Shown one piece after another: positions 11,116 through 26,863 of a stretch of 64,000 nt of DNA (the stretch's first letter is position 1; each line of letters begins with the position of its first letter). The notes under the pieces are model-generated. The model ran no database searches, was not told where the DNA came from, and saw only the letters and a list, made by a program, of their open reading frames with translations. Source of the DNA: the human T2T-CHM13v2.0 reference genome, Homo sapiens; NCBI RefSeq assembly GCF_009914755.1, contig NC_060925.1, one strand, 5' to 3'. The translations under genes and the position numbers were made by a program.

Positions 11116-11991
11116 CCAAGGTCTCTTGCTGCCCTGAGAGGGCTCCCCAGACTTCCTTTACACCCAGCAACTGACATTTTGAGCCCCCATCTAGGGTCAG
11201 TTCTAAGAAAATGCGAGCAGGAGGCTTCTTATTTGAAGGAATGAATGACAAAGTCAATCCTTCTTCATAAAACAATCTCTGATTTGATCTCATCCCCAAG
11301 TAGCACTGTACTATAGATATCTCCATTTTCTGGATGAAAAAACTGAGTATGTACATACTGTGCCTAGAGGCCTGGTTTTAGAAGATGCTCAATACATTTA
11401 AACTTCCCATGGGTGGGCATGCACCTCTGATTAGTGGAGATGTCACGTTGAAATTTATCCCCCACCTAACGTTAGTCTTTCTCCCTTCCCACACTGAGAA
11501 ATGAGAAATGATGACCAGGAGAGTGAGAGAACCCCCAGCTGGGTGGGGCCCATACAGGGTCAAAGTTGGAGGATGGACAGGATGATGGGTGGTCAGCTGT
11601 TGGGTCAGATGAGAGTGCCTTGGGTGGGGGGAGGGCACCCATTTGTCTTGTCCTTGGACATTTACAGTGAACTCATCTCTGCTCCTGCCCCTATGAAGTG
11701 TCTGTACTATCTGCTGCTGAGAAGAATGTTCAAATAGAATCCAGGCATGCTGACTAAGAGGATTTCTGTACCAGTCTGAGAAAGGTGGGTTGGGGCCTGG
11801 GTCATCAGGACATCTTCAGCCAGGAGACATGAGGCAGAGAGGTGAAAATCAATCAGGAAGACACTTGCTTAGGGAATGGCTGCCACAACCTGTGGTGCTA
11901 GGCCCAGGGTCGTTTCTGAGATTTGCTGATTTTAGGGGAAGTAAAAGGCAGTCAGTGCTATTTTACCAAGGGGAAGCAGCTCACAAAAGGG

Positions 11992-12258
11992 CGTAACATA
12001 GTGTACTGGTTAAGGACCCTGTTTCTGCAGCCAGGGTTCAAATCCCAGCCCCCCCACTAACTCTGTGATCCCCAGCAAGTTACTTCATCTTTTTAGTGCT
12101 TTAGTTGCCTCATGTGTAAAATAGGGGAATGAATGTTGCTGTTCCTTGCCTCCTAGAGTTGGTGTGAGCATTTGGATTTGGCATACATAGAGCACTCAGA
12201 ACAGTGCCTGCACACAGTAAGCCCTATATAAATGTTGCAGTTGCAGTTATGATTGCTG
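11992..12258 (+). mobile_element. Near full-length MIR
   Basis: tRNA-like head 'tggttaag...gggttcaaatccc', core, and tail 'agaacagtgcctgcacacagtaagc'. Confidence 0.85.
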
Positions 12259-14234
12259 TTATTTAATACCTGCTATGCATCAGATCCTCTGCAGGCATCA
12301 GTCTTCTATTACATCCTCAGAGCTGGCTCTCTCATGATGAATAAGTGAGCGGAGCTGACATGTGAACCCTGACTATTTAGCTCCAAAGATGGGGCTTCGC
12401 TTGGGCCAGGCTGACTCCAAAATTCTTTCAGTCCCCATCTGAAATCTCTCTCGCCCTTGAAATGTCCCCTACTTTTGTCTGTTGGATGAGACCACGGGGT
12501 AAGTAATGAGATTACGTTATGGGCATCCGGTGTGCTATGACAAAGCACAGTCATCCGACTTATTTCCGAGGACAGCATTTGTTGTATGCTACATGGCCTC
12601 AGGCACACAACTGTGGGGTTAGGGTTCCTGATTTACTTCCTGTCTTGTTTTTGGCAGCCTTGTAGTTGTAGGCAGGTCACACCACCTCTGTGAGCCTCCT
12701 TTTCCTCCTCCTCTGTCTTCACAGCATTTTGGCTGGATGGGCAGATCATGAAGGGCCTTTGACAATGAGGAGACCTGCTCATAGATGGAGTTTTGCAAAG
12801 ATTGGAAGAGGCAGCCTCTGCCATTGCCATTCTTGTAGCTGTTTGTATAATAAAAAAACAGAAAAAAAAGCCAAACAACATTATCAAAGAAGATGTATTT
12901 AAAGTGAAGTGATTATCATCCCTTCTTCCAATCCTAATGGCTCATACCTGGGACTGTACATGTCATGGGTTTTGGAGCCTACATCAACCCTCTGATGAGG
13001 TGCTCTGTGGGCAAGGTCACAGGTTCCAGCCCTGCTGCCACCTCTGGCCAAGTGTAGACTGAGTTCCTGGGGGAGGGCCACATCTCTATTGCTCAGAGTG
13101 CCTGACACAGCCCTGCTTGAGATTCTGTCTGAAAGAAAGAGGCAAATGGTCCTTCCCTTCTCCTGGATGCCTGCATCTCCTAGCTCCCCGGCTTTTCCCA
13201 ACAGCTGGCTGGCAGGCCCTCCCAGTGTCCCTTGCTTGTTCTATGCCTGGCTCAGGCTCAGGATAAAGGCCACACACATGTCTGTAGAACAGTCATTCTC
13301 TCCTCTGTGCGCTCTCAGCTTTTCTACCTAAACAGGCCCAGAGCTCCAGAGGCCTTGAGCACCAGAAGCCTAGGCCTCTGGGAATAGCATTATGTCCTAG
13401 GCGTAAATGGATGAGAGAGCCCAGTGACCTAAGCAGCTCCAACCCTGAGACTGGATCTAATGATGATCCAGATAATCCAGTGCCCAGCTTAGAGCCTGGC
13501 ACACAACAAGTGCTTATAATGAAAGCATTAGTGAGTAAAAGAGTGATCCCTGACTTTGAACTCCCTCTAAGTGTACCCCCAGGCATCTGTTCTTCCCTCA
13601 GTCACAATGCTGACCCCACTTCATGACTGGTCTCCTCTCCTTTGATTGTGCACACAAGGGCCAGTCTTGTGTCTTATTTTAGTATCTTTAGCACCTAGAA
13701 TAGTATCTGGCACATAGTACATAAATGTTTAGGCGTGAACAGATGGCTGGGTTCTACATTCTATCATTCACTCATGACTGCGAACTGGAAGAGCAAAATT
13801 ATGGAGCCTATGACTGTGATTTCAACCTGAGTCATGCTCCTCCCTTCTGTGCGTGCTCTAGGAAGCATGAAGAGAATATTATTGGAAAAGCAGGTTGGGA
13901 GTCATTTGCAGACCTGTCAGCAGCATCGGCTGCAGATACAGCTTACAGAAGACGGGCCAGATCTTCAGAAGACAGAACAAAAACACATGGGCCTGGAATA
14001 AAAATTGTTTTCTTGTTCAACTTACTGCTTGCCCAGAATTGGTTCATCTCTTAAGTAGCTGTTAAGGTCCCTCCTCACTGGAAGAGAAACGTATTAGTAG
14101 GGGCCCATTCAAGGTTAAGTGGAGCAAAATGTTTTCTAAAGATTTCCTCATTTTACAGAAGAGGACATTAAGTGTCAGGGTTAAGTAAATTGCTCAAGGC
14201 CACCCAACTAATCAGTAATTGTATTTCTAGCTAC

Positions 14235-14445
14235 AGTATATTGAGCACTTACTATGCGTTAGCCACTAATATAAGTGCTTTTCATCCATTACCATATTTA
14301 ATCTTGGGTAAAATAACTTTATGGATTGGGTTTTATTATCCCCATTTGACCGAGGTAGAAACTGAGGCTCAGAGAGATGAAGTAACTTGCCCCATGCTAC
14401 CTCATTAGATACTGGCAGAACTGCGACCCGTGTCTAAATCTGGCA
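14235..14445 (-). mobile_element. MIR
   Basis: 'attgagcacttactatg...ttatccccattt...gaaactgaggctcagagagatgaagtaacttgccc'. Confidence 0.75.
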
Positions 14446-14467
14446 GACTTGGGAGCCAGCAGAATGT

Positions 14468-14605
14468 ATACTTTGGGCTCTCCTCTGACACTTTAAAAAC
14501 ATGCGCATGCCAGAGCCCCACCCCAGGCCGGCTGAATCAGAACCTCTGTATTCTAAAAAACTCCCCAAGTGACTCCAATGTGCCTTCCTGCTTGAGAACA
14601 TTAGC
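14468..14605. mobile_element. MER5A hAT relic
   Basis: 'gccccaccccaggccggctgaatcagaacctctg...ctccccaagtgactccaatgtgc...ttgagaac'. Confidence 0.7.
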
Positions 14606-15937
14606 ATAAACTACTTACCCCTCTGAGCCCCAGGTTTTTTTATCTGAAAAATGGGGGCCACAGGGATCCGGAGATCTTTGCAAGATCCAAAGGTGTGCAT
14701 GTGTGTGAAAGGGCCCAGCACAGTGTCCAGTTGCAGGGGTGCTCAGTAATTGCTGACTTCCTTGTCGCAGCAACCAAGGAGTGCCTGGGGTGCTTTGGGT
14801 CTCCTGTGTCTGCACATGACCCCACTTTGCCAAAGACCCAGAACACTGTTTTCTGGGCTTTGGAGTTCAGTTTCCTGATTGTTTGTTATTATTCTTAATA
14901 GAATTCAGGAGAAGGCCATGAGTGGGCCAGACATCTGTGATAAATCTGCTGGGGTTTTTACAGGAAAGACTTCCCAAGTTCACTGTATTCTATATTTCTT
15001 GCTTTTCTTTCCAGCTATAACATAGCCAGGAAAATATCTTGCTTGAACTGAAAGAAAACAGCCCATTAGCCTCTGGTGAAAGTCGATTTAGGGAAAATGA
15101 GTGTCATATTACATAGCAGAGTGCTAGGACATTTGAAGCCCTCTTTCTAAAACACTCATCTGAAAGGGAAAGGTGTTTTTATTACAAACCTTCCACGTTC
15201 CAGGACCTCCCTCATGGAGATATGAGGAGTATTATCATCTGTGTTATAGAGGAGAAAAGTGAGGCTTAGAAAGGTGACATTGCATGACCAAGGCCCTCAC
15301 ATCTAGTTTGCCTGGCTTTTGAAGCCTAAAGCCTTTTTTGTGCCACAACTGTCCGCTTGGGTCTTCTAATTTCCTCCATTATTTTCCAATAACTTTAATT
15401 TCATGATAAAAGCAAACAAATTTTAAAAGATTGTTCCAAAATACCAGCAATCTTTCAAAACATAACATTCTTGCTAGGCTCAGAGTCCTTAGCACCTAGT
15501 AACCCTGATGCTAGTAGATGCGTGATAAATGATTGATGATTGAATGTAGAAATGAGTGAAGCCACAGCTTACCTACCAGGGCATTCCTTTCTTTCTCAAC
15601 ACTCACCTGGGATTGTGCCCATTTTTGTTCAACTTCAGACCTTCTCCCATTGCACTAGGGTCTGTTTCCTTGGGGACTTTTTTGCATTGTGGGTAACTCT
15701 GCATTCCGGGGCTTATCCATCTTGTGCTTGGCTTGCCCTTGGAATACACAAACTCCTTGGTTCTCCTTCTGATATGGAGTGAGTCCTTGTCCTCTCTGGA
15801 TTTCTATTCCATCATGATAAGTCATTATCAAATATATTACAGTTTTATTTTTAATATGTCAAGTAATAATAATGGTAATAATAGATAAAATTTGTAGGGC
15901 TTCCTCTGTCCAAGTGCTCTGTTGAGCACTTCACATA

Positions 15938-16333
15938 TTGAATAGTGTGCCCCAAAAAGTTGAAATTCAAACTCCTGATAACTACGAATATGACCGTATT
16001 TGGGTCACATTCATAGGGCCTTTGCAGGTATAATTAAGTTAAGGATCTTGAGATGAGATCATCCTAGATTTAGAGTGGACCCTAAATCCAATGACTAGTG
16101 CTCTTAGAAAGGACAGAGAGATTTAACACAGAGAAGATGTGAAGATGGAGGCAGAGATTGGAGTGATGAACCTGCAAACCAACGAATGCCAAGGGTTGCT
16201 GGCAACACGAGAAGCTGGGAGAGAGAGATGGGATGCATTCTCTCCAGACCCTCCAGAAGGAACCAACCTTGCCAACAACTTGATTTTGAACCTTTGCCTC
16301 CAGAACAGTGAGAGACTAAATTTCTGTTTTTTT
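15938..16333 (+). mobile_element. MLT1B/C LTR, 5' part (split by the full-length L1; resumes at 22475-22546)
   Basis: 'gaatagtgtgccccaaaa...tttgcaggtataattaagttaagg...aagatggaggcagagattggagtgatg...cctccagaacagtgagagactaaatttctgtt'. Confidence 0.85.
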
Positions 16334-16548
16334 TTTTTTTATTATTATACTTTAAGTTTTAGGGTATATGTGCGCAACGTGCAGGTTAGTTACATATGTA
16401 TACATGTGCCATGTTGGTGTGCTGCACCCATTAACTGGTCATTTAGCATTAGGTATATCTCCTAATGCTATACCTCCCCACTCCCCCCACCCCACAACAG
16501 ACCCCGGTGTGTGATGTTCCCCTTCCTGTGTCCATGTGTTCTCATTGT

Positions 16549-20366
<3,818 letters not shown>

Positions 20367-20429
20367 TATGATGTTAGCTGGTTATTTTGCTCGTTAGTTG
20401 ATGCAGTTTCTTCCTAGCCTTGATGGTCT

Positions 20430-21445
20430 TTACAACTTGGCATGTTTTTGCAGTGGCTAGTACTGGTTGTTCCTTTCCATGTTTAGTGCTTCCTTCAGGA
20501 GCTCTTTTAGGGCAGGCCTGGTGGTGACAAAATCTCTCAGCATTTGCTTGTCTGTAAAGCATTTTATTTCTCCTTCACTTATGAAGCTTAGTTTGGCTGG
20601 ATATGAAATTCTGGGCTGAAAATTCTTTTCTTTAAGAATGTTGAACATTGGCCCGACTGTCTTCTGGCTTGCAGAGTTTCTGCCGAGAGATCAGCTGTTA
20701 GTCTGATGGGCTTCCTTTTGTGGGTAACCCGACCTTTCTCTCTGGCTGCCCTTAACATTTTTTCCTTCATTTCAACTTTGGTGAATCTAACAGTTATGTG
20801 TCTTGGAGTTGCCCTTCTCGAGGAGTATCTTTGTGGCATTCTCTGTATTTCCTGAATTTGAATGTTGGCCTGCCTTGCTAGATTGGGGAAGTTCTCCTGG
20901 ATAATATCCTGCAGAGTGTTTTCCAACTTGGTTCCATTCTCCCCGTCACTTTCAGGTACACCAATTAGACGTAGATTTGGTCTTTTCACATAGTCCCATA
21001 TTTCTTGGAGGCTTTGTTCACTTCTTTTTATTCTTTTTTCTCTAAACTTCTCTTCACACTTCATTTCATTCATTTCGTCTTCCATTGCTGATACCCTTCC
21101 TTCTAGTTGATTGCAGCAGTTACTGAGGCTTGTGTATTCGTCATGTAGTTCTTGTGCCGTGGTTTTCAGCTCCATCAGGTCCTTTAAGGACTTCTCTGCA
21201 TTGGTTATTCTAGTTATCCATTCATCTAATTTTTTTTCAAAGTTTTTAACTTCTTTGCCATTGGTTCGAACTTCCTCCTTTAGCTTGGAGTAGTTTGATC
21301 TTCTGAAGTCTTCCTCTCTCAAGTACTCAAAGTCATTCTCCGTCCAGCTTTGTTCCATTGCTGGTGAGGAGCTGCGTTCCTTTGGAGGAGGAGAGGCACT
21401 CTGATTTTTAGAATTTCCAGTTTTTCTGCTCTGTTTTTTCCCCAT
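20430..21445 (-). pseudogene. L1 ORF1p, frameshifted near 20660 with a premature stop at 20457
   Basis: MGKKQSRKTGNSKNQSASPPPKERSSSP...; C-terminus continues in another frame (FNILKEKNFQPRISYPAKLSF...NNQY-stop). Confidence 0.97.
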
Positions 21446-22474
21446 CTTTGTGGTTTTATCTACCTTTGGTCTTTGATGATGGTGAGGTACAGATGGGTTT
21501 CTGGTGTGGATGTCCTTTCTGTTTGTTAGTTTTCCTTCTAACAGTGAGGACCCTCAGCTGCAGGTCTGTTAGAGTTTACTGGAGGTCCACTCCAGACCCT
21601 GTTTGCCTGGGTATCAGCAGCAGTGGCTGCAAAACAGTGGATATTGGTGAACCACGAATGCTGCTGTCTGATCGTTCCTCTGGAAGTTTTGTCTCAGAGG
21701 AGTATCCGGCCGTGTGAGGTGTCAGTCCGCCCCTACTGGGGGATGCCTCCCAGTTAGGCTACGCGGGGGTCAGGGACCAACTTGAGGAGGCAGTCTGCCC
21801 GTTCTCAGATCTCAAGCTGCATGCTGGGAGAACCACTACTCTCTTCAAAGCTGTCAGACAGGGACATTTAAGTCTGCACAGGTTATTGCTGTCTTTTGTT
21901 TGTCTGTGCCCTGCCCCCAGAAGTGGAGCCTACAGAGGTAGGCAGGCCTCCTTGAGCTGTGGTGGGCTCCACCTAGTTTGAGCTTCCCAGCCGCTTTGTT
22001 TACCTACTCAAGCCTGAGCAATGGTGGGCACCCCTCTCCCAGCCTCGCTGCCACCTTGCAGTTTGATCTCAGACTGCTGTGCTAGCAAAGAGCGAGGCTC
22101 CGTGGGCATAGGACCCTCCGAGCCAGGTATGGGATATAATCTCCTGGTGTGCCGTTTGTGAAGCCCATTGGAAAAGCGCAGTATTAGGGTGGGAGTGACC
22201 CGATTTTCCAGGTGCTGTCTGTCACTCCTTTCTTTGACTAGGAAAGGGAATTCCCTGACCCCTTGCGCTTCCCGGGTGAGGCGATGCCTCGCCCTGCTTC
22301 AGCTCATGCACAGTGCACTGCACCCACTGGTCTGCACCCACTGTCTGGCACTCGCCAGTGAGATGAACTTGGTACCTCAGTTGGAAATGCAGAAATCACC
22401 TGTCTTCTGCATCACTCATGCTGGGAGCTGTAGACTGGAGCTGTTCCTATTCGGCCATCTTGGCTCCACCCACC
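21446..22474 (-). promoter_or_regulatory. L1 5'UTR internal promoter (sense) and antisense promoter; YY1 site at 22454-22462
   Basis: Intact 5'UTR with CAAGATGGC YY1 motif; many CpGs decayed to TpG/CpA. Confidence 0.75.
22021..22161 (+). pseudogene. L1 ORF0, truncated to 46 codons by TGA at 22159-22161
   Basis: Translates MVGTPLPASLPPCSLISDCCASKERGSVGIGPSEPGMGYNLLVCRL*, matching the primate ORF0 N-terminus; the frame continues ...EKRSIRVGVTRFSRC after the stop. Confidence 0.85.
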
Positions 22475-22549
22475 ATTTCTGTTGTTTTAAGTCAGCTAGT
22501 TTTTGGTAATTTGCTATGGCAGTGTTTATTTCCCAGGAAATGCACACAC

Positions 22550-22669
22550 CTATAATCCAGGAGTTGCTTTTAATTCTAAGATAAGAAAACTGAGGCTGGG
22601 AAAAGGTTTATGACTTTGTCCAAGGTCACAAAATTAGCAAATGCTATGGACTGGATTCTAACCCAGTTC
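22550..22669 (-). mobile_element. MIR (host of the MLT1 and MER91A insertions; other part at about 15865-15937)
   Basis: 'agataagaaaactgaggct...ttgtccaaggtcaca...ggattctaacccag'. Confidence 0.65.
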
Positions 22670-22842
22670 CAGGGCTGGCTTCGTAAACATACAACATGTG
22701 CAGCTGTACAGGGTCCTGAATTGAGAATGGCCTCTGATTGACTTGATCTGCTGTTGCCTTCTGGAAATGTTAAATCTTTTTTTTAACAAGGGGCCTGCAT
22801 TTTTATTTTGCACTGGGCCTCACAATTATGTAGCTTGTTCTG
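22670..22842 (+). mobile_element. MER91A hAT-Tip100 relic
   Basis: 'cagggctggcttc...gtgcagctgtacagggtcc...aacaaggggcctgcattttt...ttgcactgggcctcacaattatgtagc'. Confidence 0.75.
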
Positions 22843-22963
22843 ACCAGGTGTCTCTGCTCTCCAAACCTCTGCTTTTTCCTTCATCATCTGCTGTACAAAA
22901 GCCCATACATATCCTTGATCTCCATCCATCCCCACAGCCACAGACTTCTAACCAGTCTCTCCA

Positions 22964-23445
22964 TGAGACAGACTGAAAAATGGGCCCCTAAAGATGATCA
23001 TGTCCTAACCCCCAAAACCTGTGAATATGTGACCTGACATGGTTTGCAGCTGTGATTAAGGGGTCTTAAGAGGGGAAGATCATGCTGGATGATCTGGAGG
23101 GCCAGATGGAATCACAACAGTCCTTATAAGAGGGATACAGGAAGAATTAGAGTCAGAGGAGTTGGTGATAGAACGAAAGAAGCAGGGATGGGACCGATAT
23201 GCTTTGCAGATGAAGGAAGGAACTCCCAACCAAGAAATACATGTAGCTACAGGAGCTGAGAAATGTATGGAAGTAGATTCACCCCTCAGAGCCTTTGGAG
23301 GGAACCAGCCCTGCTGACACCTTGACTTCAGCCCAGTGAAACTGAGTTTGGACTTCTGACCTCCAGAATTGTGAAAGAACAAATCTGTGTTTTAAGCCAC
23401 TAACTTTGTGATAATTTGTTATAGCGGCAACAGGAAACTAATACA
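22964..23445 (+). mobile_element. MLT1D LTR
   Basis: 'aaacctgtgaatatgtgacc...ccagccctgctgacaccttgacttcagcccagtgaaactg...ggaaactaataca'. Confidence 0.85.
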
Positions 23446-24104
23446 CTATTTCCCTCTTACTCTTACCATAGCCTTACGAGGACCCCCTCTTACTCTTACC
23501 TTTCAATCTGTGGAAGAAAAAGAAATCATCCTGGCAGTATTGGAGAAGATAAATAGAACTTTAGTTTAACAGAAAAAACATTCACATAACATTTATGTAT
23601 AATTGTAAAAAAAAGTCATAGGTTTTCAAAGGCAAGATTTTTTTTTGCAATGTTCATTTATTATGCAGGGGAAAAGACTAGCATTTATATGTACATAATA
23701 AAAATAATCAACGTGGCATAATAATGACTAGTTTAGAAACCCAAAGAACATTTTAAAAGTGTATCTTTTGAAAAGCTCTCTATACTTCTGTTTTAATCTT
23801 TCCTTATTCTGGAATGAAACATGGTTTTGACATTTGTGTTATTTAATAATTAGATTTCTGCCTAATACTAAAGTGTTAAACATGAAAAGATCATTTTAAA
23901 CATAAATTTAATCTAGATTTCTTTTAGGAAAAAAATGAAAGAAAAGCAATCATCAAAAATTCTACAACACCAAACTAAAATAAAAATCAAAACAGAAACC
24001 AAAGTCCACTTTCCTTCACTGGGCATTCCAGGTTACACGTCACTTAGCCTTTGTTCGATATCCCTCCCACATCTGCCACCAGCCCACCACACTACTCCAT
24101 GCAA

Positions 24105-24320
24105 AGAAGTGCAGCTGAAAAAGCATAAATTTCAGATGAAACTCTGTTCCAACACTTCCTGCCTGTGTAAGTTTGGGCAAGTCACTTAATTTGTCTGGGT
24201 CATGTCATGTCCATTTCAGAACTGAGGAAATTAATCCCCAAGGCCATGTCATTGAGGAAATGAAGTGTGCCTGGCATGATGCTCTATACCCTGCAGATGT
24301 TGGAGATGATGCTGTCACAT
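24105..24320 (+). mobile_element. MIR remnant
   Basis: 'ttgggcaagtcacttaa...gtgcctggca'. Confidence 0.5.
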
Positions 24321-24849
24321 AGTAATTGCTGTCCCCTCTTCCTTCAGGTAGCAGTAAACATGTTTGAGATTCACTGCCCAGGGGGCATGATTGTTAGGGG
24401 AGGAACAGTAATTTTTAAGAGTTCATTTTAGGATTTTTGAAGTAGGTGTTTGAAGCTCCCAGCAGTAAGCAGTTGTCCAAAAGACAAGAGTTCAGACTGC
24501 CTCAGGCCATGAAGTTTATGCCTTAAACAGCTGAGGACCCAGAGGTGATGCATGTTTTTATGCATAAAAAGAGCTCAATCCTTTCTGAGCTGGCAGAAAG
24601 ATGGAAAAGTTGTTATAGCAGCAATAGGAATCGAAGTGAGTCTCTGGTACAAGTGTCACCTCTTCCCCTTGTGGGTATGAGGCAAAGGGTGAAGGAATCC
24701 TTAGATAGACTCAACTCTGGCACCCAAAAAAGAGGGAGCCTCTGCCTAATATCTGGCTCATTGTTCCAGTATGCAGTGAGCCCCACAAGGTTCTTATCCC
24801 ACTTTGCCTGGATGAATGGATCAAAAGTGGCCATAGGGGATGAATAATA

Positions 24850-25385
24850 GGATATTTGCTCAGCTTCTTTAACTGAGCAAATAACAGTGGGTTGAATGTG
24901 ATAGAAAGCTTATTTCACTGCGCATATACCCCAAAAGTTAAAATATAATAATAGTAATAATTTAAAAAAAAGTTTAGACTGGCAGGTGGTCCAGGGAGGA
25001 AGGGCAGCTCTGTACCACAAATTGTCTGGGGCCCTCGTTCTTCTTTTCTTGTTATTCCACTGCCCTTTAGCGTGTTGGTTTAGTCATCTTAGCTTCAATT
25101 AGCCCTCATCTACCTCATCTGCATTTCAGTGAGCTGGAAGGGAAAGAGGAAAAAGGAGGCAAGCTGCTTCCTCTTCAGGGCATGACCTGATGTTTGATAC
25201 ATTGCTTCTTCTCACATCTTGCTAGACAGAGTTTTGTCACATGGTTATCTCTCACTGTAAGAAAGGTTTAGAAATGGAATCTCTAGTTTCCTGGCCATCA
25301 GAGCAGCTATAACTTATAGCTATGGGACTATAAGAAACAGGAATCAAGATAGAATGGATATTGGGGACAATCAGTAACCATGATA
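24850..25385 (-). mobile_element. MLT1J/K-like LTR
   Basis: 'cttcttctcacatcttgctagacagagttttgtcacatgg...agaatggatattggggacaa'. Confidence 0.6.
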
Positions 25386-25419
25386 CAGAGACCTCCATAG
25401 AAGGGCAAGTATTTCCCTG

Positions 25420-25812
25420 TTATATCAGTCAGGGTTTGATCAAGGAAGTAGACCATTGTGAGTATTACGGAGTAGGGGGTTTATTATAGATATAAGACCA
25501 CATATGATTGTGGGAGAAGCTGTGGAAATAAGAGTCTGAATGGGGCAGTGGAAGGATCAGAGAAAATCTCTACCCACCCCTTTTGAGATTTGTGAAGGTA
25601 GACAAGTGAGGAGAATGAGAGCATGCTAGAATCTGTAGCATGTCTGCAACTGTCACTCATCTCTCCTAAATACAACAGCCGTAAGAGAGCAGTGGTGCTG
25701 CTTTACTTTTTCTAAATCTTGCATTAAGTCTTTTGACCAACTCCAACCTGAAATTGTACAGGAAGTGAATTTAGGGAAATATAGTCCTAGCTTAGCCAAG
25801 TAGACACAGTTA
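25420..25812. mobile_element. ERVL-class LTR (LTR40/41-like)
   Basis: Start 'tatcagtcagggtttgatcaagg', end 'gggaaatatagtcctagcttagccaagtagacaca'; family assignment uncertain. Confidence 0.45.
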
Positions 25813-26863
25813 CAAACTACTACATCCATGTTGCAGAGAGTGGTAGACATTGAGATGGGACAGATCTGGGAGCCACAAGGCTGGGTGAGGAGACACCAGC
25901 AGCAGGCTCTGCATGGGCTGCTCAGATAACACTGCAATGGATGCTGCTGCTGAGGATGAGATGAGAGACACAGATGTTCTTCCCCATCCCCGTCCCTCTC
26001 CCCAGTGCATTGCTACCATACATCAGCCTTTCCATTCCAACACTCCTATCCCCATCAGAACTAAGGTGCAATCTTGGGATGGAGGAAGCCCTGGCATGAT
26101 GAGAAAAAAAAAAAAATCCCAAATTGATTACATTAGGATTTCTGTCCTCAGGCGGAATATGCTCTTAGAAGACAAAACAGGGCACTTTCTAGAAAAACAA
26201 CTTACATTTCTTATACACTTACATAGGTATGTAAGGTACACTTACTTACATAGTAGAGAATAGGTAATCAGCAAATCTTATCTGCCTTCTCCCTTTTTTG
26301 CTGGGTCCAGCCAAATAGAAGAACACCATTAGTCCCTCAGTGGACCAGGCTTTTGTGTGCTTCCTTCTTTCATGAACCCCTTTCACTTTTGTCAGCTTGA
26401 TTTTGTTTTAAGCAACCCCATGGTGCATTTCTCCTCCTTGACTCAGCTCAAATGAACACCTTTTCTGTTATTCCTTCTTGACCTTTGCCTCAGCATCTCA
26501 TGGACAGCGATACTCCCTGCCCTGCCTCCTTAAGGCCCCAAGGATTTTGGTCAGGGACCAGACTTGTTGACGGATAGATTGGATTGACTTTTCTCCAAAT
26601 TATGAGCGAATCAGATGATTATCCTATTTGAAGAGAACCCTGCTCTCCAATTGTGTAAATATAAATTATACACACACAGAGTTGTCTACTATTATTTAAT
26701 TGTGTTGATAAAAATATAAACCATCTAAAACTGTGTGGAACAGGGATCTTTGGGTCTTCAAGTTCACTGTGAGTTTTGTTTTTCATTGGCGGATGCTCTC
26801 TCCAGGCCCTTTCCTCTTGCCTGTATTGCAAAGAAACATCTCTTACTTTAGGCTATTGCTATA

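Noticed and set aside
13947-13992. 46-nt minus-strand micro-exon (ttttattccAG ... GTAAGC)
   Set aside because: Short pyrimidine tract, weak exonic donor bases and no partner exons; likely chance
22168-22509. 113-aa plus-strand ORF as a new gene
   Set aside because: It is the post-stop remainder of the L1 ORF0 frame, starting at a TTG
23452-23500. Direct repeat ccctcttactcttacc x2
   Set aside because: Low-complexity local duplication with only two copies; not an array
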